Position numbers and translations under genes: made by a program. From the NCBI RefSeq assembly GCF_009914755.1, contig NC_060926.1: 64,000 nucleotides of DNA. One strand, given 5' to 3'. The notes beneath the pieces are model-generated. The model ran no database searches and had not been told where the DNA came from. It saw nothing but the letters and a program-made list of their open reading frames with translations. The DNA is from the human T2T-CHM13v2.0 reference genome, Homo sapiens. Positions 12,030-26,690 of the stretch are shown piece by piece (position 1 is the stretch's first letter; every line of letters starts with the position of its first letter).

Positions 12030-13830
12030 AAACTGTCAGTGATTTAGTGGAATCTTTCCTCCAGGTGACTCAGCTTCACCTTCATTCAGTGGGTTCTGGG
12101 TCTGTAAACTAGCTCAAGTCTGGAAATTGATTGAGGGACTGTGGTTCTCTGTTTCTATAACTCAAATTAGTCTTTTGTCTATTCAACCTGGAATTTTTCT
12201 GCTTATATAAATTAAGTAGGAATGCAATAGGCTTCCTATAAATTTCACTTCTAGGAACACTGTGATTAATTAGCCAACACCAGAGCTTTATATGAATCAG
12301 ACTATTCTGATTGCTGTTTTGCCTCTGCTGTCCATTATGGTAGCTATGTCCATGTTGCCTTTGAGGAGTGCCACCACTTGACCCCTGCCACCTTGGGATT
12401 CAATTAGTCCCACTGTATTTAAATTTTGTAGTTGAGTAACTGCCGTTCCCACCATTAGATCTGACACACAGAGAAGAACAATTACAGGACTCTTCAAAAA
12501 TGCAGGTGCTGCCCTCACAAATCTATTTCTCAAAGCATTCATCAAGGGTATATCTTCTGGACCCTCCCAGCTGGGATGAGTAGGTCTAAAGTGACTAATC
12601 CACTCCATCATCCCAATCTCCCTAAGCCTTTGGATCCCTTCCTCTACATTAAACCAAGGAAGATCAGGCATTTCCAGTTCACTCACAGTAGGCCATCTTT
12701 TAATCCGCATTACAGCTAACCAAGTAACCAAGCAAATAACCTATTAGAAACTTTTTAAACTCCCTGAGCTGCAACATTAAATGCAGAATCCCTACTAAGT
12801 GGTCCCGAATCAATAAATTCAGCCTGATCCAACTCTATGTTCCTTCCAACATTATCCCACACCCTTCCTATCCATTCCCATGCAAGTTCTCCAGATTTCT
12901 GCTTATATAAATAAGAAAAGTCAAGCAGTTCTTTTTGAGTGTAGTGCACCCCCTCATAGGTCACACTCTGAACCTCACCTCTAGGGGCCCACTTGATTCT
13001 AGTTATAGGCCTAGAATCAAACAGGGATGTTGGAGATGGCTCCTGAGGAGAATCAATGTTATCTTCCCTGGCAACTTCCTCAGGGGAGGCCATCACTATT
13101 GCCTCAGGCAGCACAGGGTTTAATCTCCTCAGACAAAGGTGGGAAGGCTGATGGCAGCATGGGTTCGGGAGGGGGTGTTGCCACTACTGGGGATGGGGAA
13201 GTTATATCTTCTGGCAAAAAAAGATTCATCAGAGTTTATAAGCCCAGTGTCCCCAGCTTCATCAGGGTCCTCCCACAAGTCCCTGTTCTAAGTTACACGG
13301 TCCTTTTCTTTTCCAATCAATGCCCTCACTTTAACAGTAGACACCTGGTGAGGCTGTGCATGCACTTTTCATTTCAGGTCAGCTGCTCGCTTGATAAGAG
13401 CTTGTGTCTGTTTTTCCACAATTTAAACTCCTTCTCTACAGGAGATAAGACTCTCACTCAGGGAAATCTTAGCAGATTTGTGTCTCAGTATCTGCTTCTG
13501 AAACCAGGAGACAGAATCCCTGAGTTCATCATTTTCTTTCATCACTTTGTCCAGTGAACTTAGGAGCAACCAACCAACTTCATTATTTTCCTTGGTTCTC
13601 CACATATAGTCAAAGGTATTATGTATAGAGTCACTAAACTCCTTGGCTCTTACAAGCGGTGAATCAGGAGTGCCAAGTGCATTTATTTTGTGTAACTCTC
13701 TAAACAGTTCACACCAAGGACTATCAGTGTTCTCCATACTATTAAAAGTAGAATCCTTAGCATTTTGGGGCCTAATCATATTAAGCAGCCAACTCCAGAA
13801 ACCTCAAAACTAATGAAAGAGCTCCATCAT
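12030..13830 (-). pseudogene. gag: HERV-L gag remnant
   Basis: ORF pieces 13423-13779, 12755-13114 (AWEWIGRVWDNVGRNIELDQAEFID) and 12297-12731 (EMPDLPWFNVEEGIQRLREIGMMEWI) typical of ERV-L Gag. Confidence 0.85.
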
Positions 13831-13854
13831 CCTTACTATTCTCTTTCTCTAGAA

Positions 13855-13870
13855 CCACTCCTGGCATCAA
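13855..13870 (-). promoter_or_regulatory. Degenerate tRNA-Leu primer-binding site
   Basis: TGATGCCAGGAGTGG on minus just inside the 5' LTR, versus expected TGGTACCAGGAGTGG. Confidence 0.7.
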
Positions 13871-13874
13871 AATC

Positions 13875-13939
13875 TGTATTAGAGTTCTCTAGAGGGACAG
13901 AACTAATGATATATATATATATATATATATATCAGAACT

Positions 13940-13979
<40 letters not shown>

Positions 13980-14365
13980 ATGTATATACAAAGTAGTATT
14001 AACTCACACAATCACAAGTTCCCACAATAGGCCTTCTGTAAGCTGAGAAGCAAGGAAGCCAGTCTGAGTCCCAAAGCTTAAGAACTTGGAGTCTGATGTT
14101 CCAGGGCAGGAAGCATCCAGCATGAAAGAAAAATGTAGGCTGGGAGGCTAACCCAGTCTAGCCTTTTCACGTTTTCCTGCCTGCTTTACATCCTGGCCAT
14201 GCTAGCAGCTGATTACATGGCACCCGCCCAGATTAGCTGTGGGTCTGCCTTTCCCAGCCCACTGACTCAAATGTTAATCTCCTTTGGCAACATCCTCACA
14301 GACACACCCAGGATCAATACTTTGCATCCTTCAATCCAATCAAGTTGACAGTATTACCCATCACA
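13875..14365 (-). mobile_element. MLT2A1-type 5' LTR of HERV-L with (TA)n expansion and deleted poly(A) signal
   Basis: Aligns to 7798-8241 at about 90% identity outside the TA tract. Confidence 0.9.
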
Positions 14366-14987
14366 CAATTCAAGATGAGATTTGGGTGAGGACACAGCCA
14401 AACCATATCACTCTTTGAAACATTTCCCAGCAATATATGGACAATGACTGCTTAAAGGGAACTCAGTCAACATAGGAAAGATAGCCTTAGAACAACTCAG
14501 AGAACTGGCCTTGGACATAGAATCTTACAACTGAATTTATTCCATTTAAATAGTACTTTTTAGAGTCTAAATTGTACATGGGACTATACATACAGTATTC
14601 AGCTATGTAGTTACTATTAAATGAAGTTAAGTCAGATTCTGGGAATTTGGGGAACAATATGTAAAACAGAGTATATATCCTAGAGGAAGTTATAATATGG
14701 GAAGACATGGGAAAACAGATACGGATATGTGGTGAATGATACAGAAAACAAACACCATAATCCAAATGTTGAAGAAGTCATATGAAAGCACACATTAGGG
14801 AGCATTGGTTTCTGCCTATTAAAATGCCAGAAGTGCTACGCCACAGAAGGCTATATAATAGGTCTACATGTTAGCTAGATTTTTAAGAAAAATGCAAGTT
14901 TGGTAAGTAATGAAATGTATTATAAAGTCTTTCCAGGAGGACAAAATTTCATAAGCAAATCTATGAGATCTTATAACAATATGTCAT

Positions 14988-15480
14988 ATGGATTAGTTTC
15001 TTGTAGCTGTTGTAACAAATTATCACAAACTTAGTGGCTGAATACAACATAAATGTATTACCTTATGTTTTATGGGCCAGAAGTCCAAAATCAGTATCAC
15101 TGGACTGGAGTGAAGTGTTGGCTGGGCCATGCTGACTTTGGGGACTAAAGGATGAATCCATTCCTTGCCTTGCCCAGCTTCTGGTCACAACCAACATTAC
15201 TTGGCTTGTGGCTGCCTCACTCCAATGTATGCCCAGGGGATCACACTGCCTTCTTCTCTTCTTCCTCTTCTTCTGTGTGTCTTAAATCTCCCTTTGTCTC
15301 CTTCTTATAAGAATACATGTAATTCATAGTGAGCCCACCAAGACAATCTGAGAATGCCTTCACCTCAAAATTCTTTTCTTAATTACATCTGTAAAAACAC
15401 TTTCTCAAATAAGGTAACATTTACACGTTCCATGGATTAGGACTGGATATCTCTGGGGGCCATTATTCAGTTTATTACCC
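14988..15480 (-). mobile_element. MLT1D-like solo LTR
   Basis: attagtttcttgtagctgttgtaacaaattatcacaaacttagtggc...aataaggtaacatttacac...gggggccattattcag. Confidence 0.78.
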
Positions 15481-16023
15481 TGTGTTTAGCAAGCCTTATG
15501 ATCAGGCAGAATGTCCAGATTTCTGTACTGCTGTATTACACTGAGATCCACATAATTTTTATAGCAATTATTAAAACACTTCATCCAGTGATCAATAAAT
15601 TGTATCACCAAATATTTCATAAATGCATGACTGTGATTTTCAAGGTTTATTATTTAGCAACTGGAACATTCTATAGCTGTGCAACAATCAATTCCTGAAT
15701 ATCTGACTTTGCTAATTTGGCAGCTACATTTCTACTGGAGAAAGGGAGAGAAAAGTGAAAGATTCAGGAGAAGACAAAATGGGGCATAATATATGAGGAG
15801 CAAAGCTGGGCAAGAAGAGCAGTGAGAAAGAAACAGAAGGGGGAAAGGGGAAAAAGGAGAATGGGGAGTCAAATTGTTTTGAAAATAAAATCAATTTTCT
15901 AATTAATACAACAACATATATATTCTAAAAAATAATATACTACATGAAAATCAAATCAGGCATAATTACTCTTAATATTTTAATAAATATTCTTTCAAAC
16001 GTGCTAAACAAAGGAGATTTTCA

Positions 16024-16075
16024 ACACACACACCCACACACACACCCCTACACACACACACATACACACATACAC
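16024..16075. repeat. Imperfect (CA)n
   Basis: Direct reading. Confidence 0.85.
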
Positions 16076-16769
16076 GAAGCTTGTTTTGCATGAATGGGAT
16101 CATTTTTTGTTATCTGTTTTCTTCCTTCAGCTCTTTGTTGTGCAGACCTTCACATGTTAATAAACATGAATATATATATAATTAATTATAATAGCATAGT
16201 GCTTTAATATCATTTAAGTTTTGTACAGTTTACTACAAAAGTAGATGATTCTTAAATAAGTATTTTTTCATGAATATTCTTACATTATTCTAAAGGTAGA
16301 ATTGCTAGTTGAAGACAATGCTTGGTGCTTTCAATGTTTTTAATTATTCCCAATATAAAATGTGAAATATTTAGTTTGTATTTGTGGTTGCCAGCAACAT
16401 TAAACATCTGATTCATTGGTTACTGCACATTTCAATATCTTCTGTAAATTCCATGTTTCTACAGTAACATTTTATATATTTCTTATTGATTCATTAACCA
16501 GCTCTCTATATTAGAAATACCAGCCCAACAATATATATTTTGGGATAATTTTACAAGTTTGTTGTTTTTGATAATTTTATTTATAGTACACATATGCCTT
16601 TAATTATTACAACACAATCATTACAAAATATATACAGCAGATTTGCATTTTCAATACTTAAGTATAGGGTGATTCTCAGAAGATGGTAGTAGTGGCAACA
16701 TAGTATTATACTTTTGCTAAGTCTCTCTATATAAACACATAGAACAATAGGATAGTGCAGAGTGCAGAG

Positions 16770-17389
16770 GTAGTCTATAAGACCACCCTCCCTTTTAACA
16801 CCAACTGCAAGTTTGTAGGTTCCCAAGAACATCTTCAGTTGTGATAATTCACTAGAAGGAATAATTCACAAGAAGGACTCACAGAAAACACTGAAAGGAG
16901 TTATACTCATGGTTGTGATTCATTACAGTGAAATAATGTAAATTAAAATCAGTCAAGAGAAGAAATGCATGGGAAGGAGTCCAGGAATGGACCACATGTG
17001 GAGCTTTTGGTTGTCCTCTTTCAGGGAGTTACTGATAGCATTAAGTTCTTCCAGAATAATATATGACAATATACTTGGAATACTGCCAACTGGGAAAGCT
17101 CACTTGAACCTTGGGTCAGAGATTTGACTGGGGTTGGTAAAACACATGGTTGACTGTTCACATGACTCAGTATAAGTCTGCAGCTTCTCTGGGGGTCGAG
17201 CTGATACCACATGACTCAAAGCCCCCATGAATGAATCACATAGTTATATTATGGGTTTGGTTCAAGGCTCTCAAGTAAGCAAAAACACTCTTATAAGACA
17301 GGACATTCCAAGGGTTTAGCGATCACCTCTCAGGAGCCAAGAGTAAAGGATAGAGCTATCTTTTGTTGAGGTCAATATTTTACTACACA
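16770..17389 (-). mobile_element. MER21-family LTR
   Basis: gataattcactagaaggactcacagaa...gttatactcatggtt...caggacattccaagggtttag...tactacaca; small tandem duplication at 16844-16877. Confidence 0.75.
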
Positions 17390-18187
17390 GATAGAAAAAC
17401 TAAAATTCCAAAGCAAATACTACCAAAATGTCTAAGTAACAAGATATCACCATGAATCTGTCTCTGTGCAGGAGAAAACAAAGGGAAGCAAGGGAATATG
17501 TGACAACCCTGAAAACTATAAAACTACTAATGGGTACTCATTTGAAAGCCAACTTAAGGACAGCAGATGATATTGGAAGGAATTTCAATTTCCCAATAGC
17601 AGTCAAGTATAGTTAATCCAACAATATAGATCAGTATGGGATGCTTAACATTTTCACAGGAGCGCATAGAGAATTAGATTCAGAAAGCCAGAAATGACCA
17701 GAGACACATTGTTATAAAGATATAAAAACACACATTCCATTAAGAGTATAAAAATGAGACGATATGCCAAAAATCTTTTACCTATTTTCAGTGATGATTT
17801 TAGTGCTAGTAATGGTGTTGTTACTCTGAAGTTATTTTTTGTAAGGCAAGATAAAAAAAACAAGTAATTATATGATATACAAATTCTATGAGTAAAGATA
17901 TCTGTGAGACTTACTCTCCCTGTGGGAGAAAAAAAAACAGACATAGATAGAGGAAGCTAAATAAATATCCAATAATCACATCTGAATTGAAAACAGTGAC
18001 TGAATCAGAACCAATGTGCATACCTAACATCCAGATCATGGCTTTGGTATATACATTCCTACGAAGTGGAAAATGGAAAAATATCGGATTCCAGACTGAA
18101 GCAAGAGAAGTACAAAATATGCCTAGAGTATCTGTAATATTTGACAGCAAAAGACTATCAAAGACTAATGGAGTTATATTTAAACTA

Positions 18188-18472
18188 TAATCGTCCCTCA
18201 ATAGAGATGGGAAATATGTGAAAAATTGGTTCCAGGATGCCATGCACACCGAAATCCCCACATACTCAAATCCATCATTTGGTTCTATGGAACTGGCTGA
18301 TTTGAAAAGTCAGCACTCCACTAAGCAAGTTTCACATCCCCCAAATACTGTATTTTCCACTGAGTTTTGATGAAAAAAATCCGTGTGTAACTTTCCCATC
18401 CCCAAAATACTGTATTTTCCATCTGTGTTCGGACCTGCACTGTTCAAACTTGTGTTCCTTAAAGGTCAACTG
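18188..18472 (+). mobile_element. MER8 (Tigger-derived MITE) with internal duplication
   Basis: gtccctc...ttggttccagga...aatactgtatttt...gttcaaacttgtgttccttaaaggtcaactg followed by TA. Confidence 0.75.
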
Positions 18473-18907
18473 TATATTGTTGCTAAATTAAAGAGACTAC
18501 AATGGCCACAGAGTAGCAAATTGAGCCCCAATACATAACACGTCTGCAAATGATCAAAACACATAAAATATATTTAAATCTATCAGTTCATAAGGATACT
18601 AAAACTCTAACTAGTTAATTTGGAGGATGCAAGGGAACCATCTTTTTATTTTCAGAACAAGTAACTAAAAAAAATAGTTTTTAAAAAATTACCCTGACAC
18701 TCCTATCCAAACTGTACCACTAGGTAACCATATAAAAGATAAAGTAATGTTTCTCCTTAAAAGTGCATTTCAACAAATAAATGATGAAAGAATGATAGAA
18801 CTGGAATATCATTATTTGGCTACCTTTATTAAATTAATAGATTGAGTCATTAAGACTCAGTGTCTTCCAACATCACATGAAAGAAGAGATAATCAGACAT
18901 CATGAGT

Positions 18908-19105
18908 TAGCTTTGTCCAGAAGAAATATAATGCAGATGCACATATGTAATTTTAAATTTTCTAGTAACCTCATTTTAAAAATGTACTAGTCCTCAAAAT
19001 CCAGTGTATATCCTACATTAATCATATGCTTCCATTTACATATGAGCTCCCATTTCAAGGGTTCAATAGCCGCATATGATAGTAGCTACTATATTGGATG
19101 GAGCC
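18908..19105 (+). mobile_element. MER33/MER3 hAT MITE, internally deleted
   Basis: tgtccagaagaaatataatgc...catatgtaattttaaattttctagta...tcaatagccgcatatgatagtagctactatattgga. Confidence 0.7.
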
Positions 19106-19321
19106 ATCATGTGCTTCATAATACAAAAAAGTAAAGCACTTAAAAAGAAGCATTATCAAGATAAATTGAACTGTAATCTGAGCTTCTATATCATAATTTA
19201 TAGAAACTATATATATATAAAAGGAACACTAGAGTGGCAACATGTAAATGAACTCACTAACATGCAGACTGTAAGAAACCCCACGGAACAAGTAATATGG
19301 TTGCTTTAAGAGATAAATTGA

Positions 19322-19736
<415 letters not shown>

Positions 19737-19914
19737 TTACAAACAGGAAAAATTAAAGACTTCTGGAAAAGATGGAACCATACTTACCCTTTCACCTGAA
19801 ACTCTTGAACAAACAAACAATAGTTTTTAAGACGCCAGTCATTAGGGAAAAAAAGGCAGTGATTCTTAAGAGAAGGGCAACATAAGGTAAGCTCAACTAT
19901 TGAAAAAAAAAAAA

Positions 19915-23085
<3,171 letters not shown>

Positions 23086-23310
23086 AGCTACAGATTAGAT
23101 ATGCACATTTGGGTGATGAAACTACAAAGACAATTAAGATGATTTCCATAGAAATCAGGGTGCTGATTATCCTTAGGGACAGAGAAGAGGCTATCTTTTG
23201 GGAAGGGCACATTGAGGGCTTCTGGAGTTGCTGATAAGATTGTATTTCCTGACATGGTAGTGGCTATTCAGGTGTTATATTTATCTTAATCCATTCAGCT
23301 CCATACTTTT

Positions 23311-23555
23311 TTATATAGTTTGGATATTTCTCCCCACCAAATATCATGTTGAAAGGTGATACAATGTTGGAGGTAGGGCCTGATTGGAGGTGTTTGGGTT
23401 ATGGGGGCAGATCCCTCTCCCTCCTGAATGGCTTAGTACCCTTCCCAAGATAATGAGTGAAGTCTTGCTCTATTAGTTCCCATGAGATCAGATTATTAAA
23501 AAGAGCCTGGCACCACCTTTCCCTTTCTCTCTTGCTCTTTCTCTCTCCATATGAC
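23311..23555 (+). mobile_element. MSTB-like LTR, 5' half only
   Basis: atagtttggatattt...catgttgaaa...tgttggaggtagggcctg...gggggcagatccctc...aaaagagcctggcacc. Confidence 0.75.
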
Positions 23556-23970
23556 TTTTATTAATTTAAAAAACTTTTTTCAACTAGATAATTCGATATT
23601 TAAAAACTACGCAAAGCATCATTTTCAGAAATATTCATAATAAAATATTTCTTTCTTTGTAATTTCCAAACTGTCTACAAACAGTATGACAATAATAAGA
23701 TTTCATAAACTCACTGAAGATGAACATCATGAAATATTGAATAACTACCAACTGCTAACTAAAAGTTGGATCTGTGCTACAGTGCCAACTGTATAAAATA
23801 ACATATGGAAAAGACAAGGTCTAACAGGAAATATTTTGAGAAAGAATGCTTTTGTCCCAGAATTGATGACTAGTGCTTAAAAGGTAGGAACAAGGAAAGA
23901 TAAATTCCCCCCAATCTAAAACTCACTCAAATTTCTCTCAGCTTGTTAATAAATTTCCCAACAGGTTCTC

Positions 23971-25660
23971 TGTATCAGCGCATTTTCAGACTGCTATAAA
24001 GAACTTCCTAAGACTGGGTAATTTATAAACAAAAGAGGTTTAATTGACTCACAGCTCTGCATGCCTGGGGAGGCCTCAGGAAACTTACAATCATGGTGGA
24101 AGGGAAAGCAGGAACATCTTACATGGTGGCAGGCAAGAGAGACAGTGTGTGAAGGAGGAACTTGCCAAACATTTATAAAATCATCAGATCTCGTGAGAAT
24201 TAACTCATTGTCACAAGAACAGCATGGTGGAAATCATCCTCATGATCCAATCACCTCCATCCCTTGACACAGGGGATTATAGGGATTACCATTCGAGATG
24301 CAATCTGGGTTGGACACAGAGTCAAACCATATAATTCCACCCCTGGCCCTTCCACATCTCACACCCTTTTTACATATAAGCAATTCACACTACCCTAGCA
24401 GAGGTTCTCCATGAGGGCTTAGCCCCTGCAGCAGACTTCTGTCTGGAGGTCCAGGCATTTTCATACCTCCTCTGAAATCTAGGCAGAGGTTCCCCAACCT
24501 CAGTTCTTGACTTCTGTGAACTTGTATGCCCAATATCACATGGAAGACACCAAGGCTTGTGGCTTGCACCCTCTGAAGCAACAGTTCAAGCTATACCTTG
24601 GCCCCTTCTAGCCACAAGGGAAGCTGGGGTGCCTAGGATGCAGAACACCAAGTCCCCAGGCTGCACAGAACAGTGGGACCCTAGGCCCAGCCCACAAAAC
24701 CATTTTTCCCTCTCAGGCCTCTGGGCCTGTGATGAGGGAGGCTGCCTTAAAGATCTCTGACATGCCCTGGAGACATTTTCTCCATTGTCCTGGTGATTAA
24801 TATTTGACTCTGCATTACTTATGCAAATTTCTGCAGCTAGCTTGAATTTCTTCCTAGAAATTGGGGTTTTATTTTCTATTTCATTGTCAGGCTGCAAATT
24901 TTCCAAACTTTTATGCTGTGCTTCCCTTTTAAAAACGAGTTGCAATCTCAGATCATCTCTCTCAAGTTCAAAGTTTCACAGATCTTTAAGTGAAGGGACA
25001 AAATGTCACCAGTCTCTTTGATAAATCATAGCAAGGGTGAACTTTGCTCCAGTTCCCAATAAGTTCCTCATCTCCATCTGAGACCATCTTGGCCTGGACT
25101 TCATTGTTCACATCACTATCAGCATTTTGGTCCAAACTATTAAACAAGTCTCTAGGAAGTTCCAGACTTTCCCACATCTTCCTGTCTTTTTCTGAGCCCT
25201 CCAAACTGTTCCAACCTCTGCCTGTTACCCAGTTCCAAAGTTGCTTCCACATTTTAAGGTATCTTTATAGGAGTACTCCACTCACTTGGTACGACTTTAT
25301 TGTATTAGTCCATTTTCACACTGTTATAAAGAAATACCCAAGACTGGGTAATTTATAAAGGAAAGAGGTTTAATTGATTCACAGGTCAGCATACCTGGGG
25401 ATGCCTCAGGAAACTTACAATCATGGCAGAAGGGGAAGGAGGCATGTCTTACGTGGTGGCAGGCAAGAGAGTGAAAAATCCAGGGGAAACTGCCATTTAT
25501 AAAACCATCAGATCTCGTGAGAACTCACTCATTCTCATGAGAATAGCATGGGGGAAACCACCCCCATGATCCAATTGCCACCCACCCTTGTCACATGGGG
25601 ATTATGGGGATTACAATTCAAAATGAGATTTGGGCGGAAAAATAAAGCCAAACCACATCA
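23971..25660 (-). mobile_element. THE1C/D provirus with ~600-bp shorter internal region (LTRs 23971-24334 and 25301-25660)
   Basis: Two THE1 LTRs flank a 966-bp internal region that is colinear with 5896-7459 except for a large gap near 24385. Confidence 0.88.
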
Positions 25661-26349
25661 CTCCGTAACCCCAATCATCACCCTAGCCCATCCTTGCCTG
25701 ATGGCTCCTAAAATACTAGAAGGCAGAAAGAGAGGAACTGATGATGATGATGATGTTGTAAGAGATATCATCTTCTTTATTAAGAGAATCACCACACCCA
25801 CCACCATCACAAAACTAACTGAGAGGAATCTTCGAGAGAAAAAGTTGTACAGGTTGGAGGTACTTTCAAAATGAGGAGATAGGCTGACTACACCTGACAG
25901 ACAGGTCACTGAGCTGAAATTAGCAGACCCACCCTGGAGTCGGTCTTGGTGCAGTGATAGGGGCACACCGGGGTAAAGTGATAGCCTTGTCAAAAACTTG
26001 ACAGGTGTTCCCAGAGTGTTAGGGACATATATGGAGGTAGAATGTGGAACCTATCACTCACCTGGAGATTTCTTAAGATGAAAGGTTTGAGGAAGTAACC
26101 TCTGCCTAGGGCTAAAAAAGAACTGTAGTACAGTACAATGGGCTCAGAGTAAAATGTCCCTCATGTCCCTTGGAGGGCATGAAAGAGGAACCTAGTGTTT
26201 TTCATGGTTCCCTATAAAGAAGCACAGAGTTTGAGGAAATGAAGATGACATAGAAGACACCCTTAGATATCCAGGAAAGTATGCCTCCCTTTAGTTCAAC
26301 AGCATAGAGTTGAGGTTGGGATATGGATAATATCTCATCACTGGATTTT

Positions 26350-26690
26350 CTAATGCCCTTTGCACAGAGGCAGATAACTAAGGTCTTGTCAAGAAAATGT
26401 AAATCAAAGTGATGTGTGCAATTTCTGCCTCACTTTCTTAAGAGGAAGTTTCTGAGAAGAGTCCTTCATTCTGTTCTCCTCCCTAATGGCAAAACAGCAG
26501 TAACCATAGAAAGCTTATATCCTGTATAGAGACATATCAATCCATGTGTATAAGTAACTGTGGAGCTGTCTTGGAACACACACTGCACTACTGTGCAAGA
26601 AGGAATAACCTTTTGTTTTGTTTGAGCTACTGAATTTTGAAAATTCTTCATTATAGCTCTTTTGAGTATGTACTCTCTCTAATCCAGACA
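26350..26690 (+). mobile_element. Old MLT1 (J/K-like) LTR fragment
   Basis: aaagtgatgtgtgcaatttctg...aataaccttttgttttgtttgagctactgaatttt...ttatagc. Confidence 0.45.

Larger units (their letters stand above)
7798..14365 (-). mobile_element. Near full-length HERV-L provirus (6568 bp), TSD TAATT (7793-7797) / CAATT (14366-14370)
   Basis: Two MLT2A LTRs, 5633-bp internal region, PBS, PPT, gag/pro/RT/RNaseH/IN/dUTPase motifs, no env. Confidence 0.95.
5501..14410 (-). mobile_element. Complete THE1D-like MaLR provirus: 3' LTR 5501-5895, internal 5896-7459, 5' LTR 7460-7797 + 14366-14410 (split by HERV-L)
   Basis: TGTATTAGTCCATTCTCAC...CCAAACCATATCA-type termini; aggcttaacaggaagcatggctaggagg diagnostic; 1564-bp internal region; PBS-like AATTGGTAC next to 7460; TSD TTCTT (5496-5500) / CTCTT (14411-14415). 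Confidence 0.9.

Noticed and set aside
13027-13557. 176-aa plus-strand ORF
   Set aside because: Antisense to HERV-L gag, non-ATG start, no domain features
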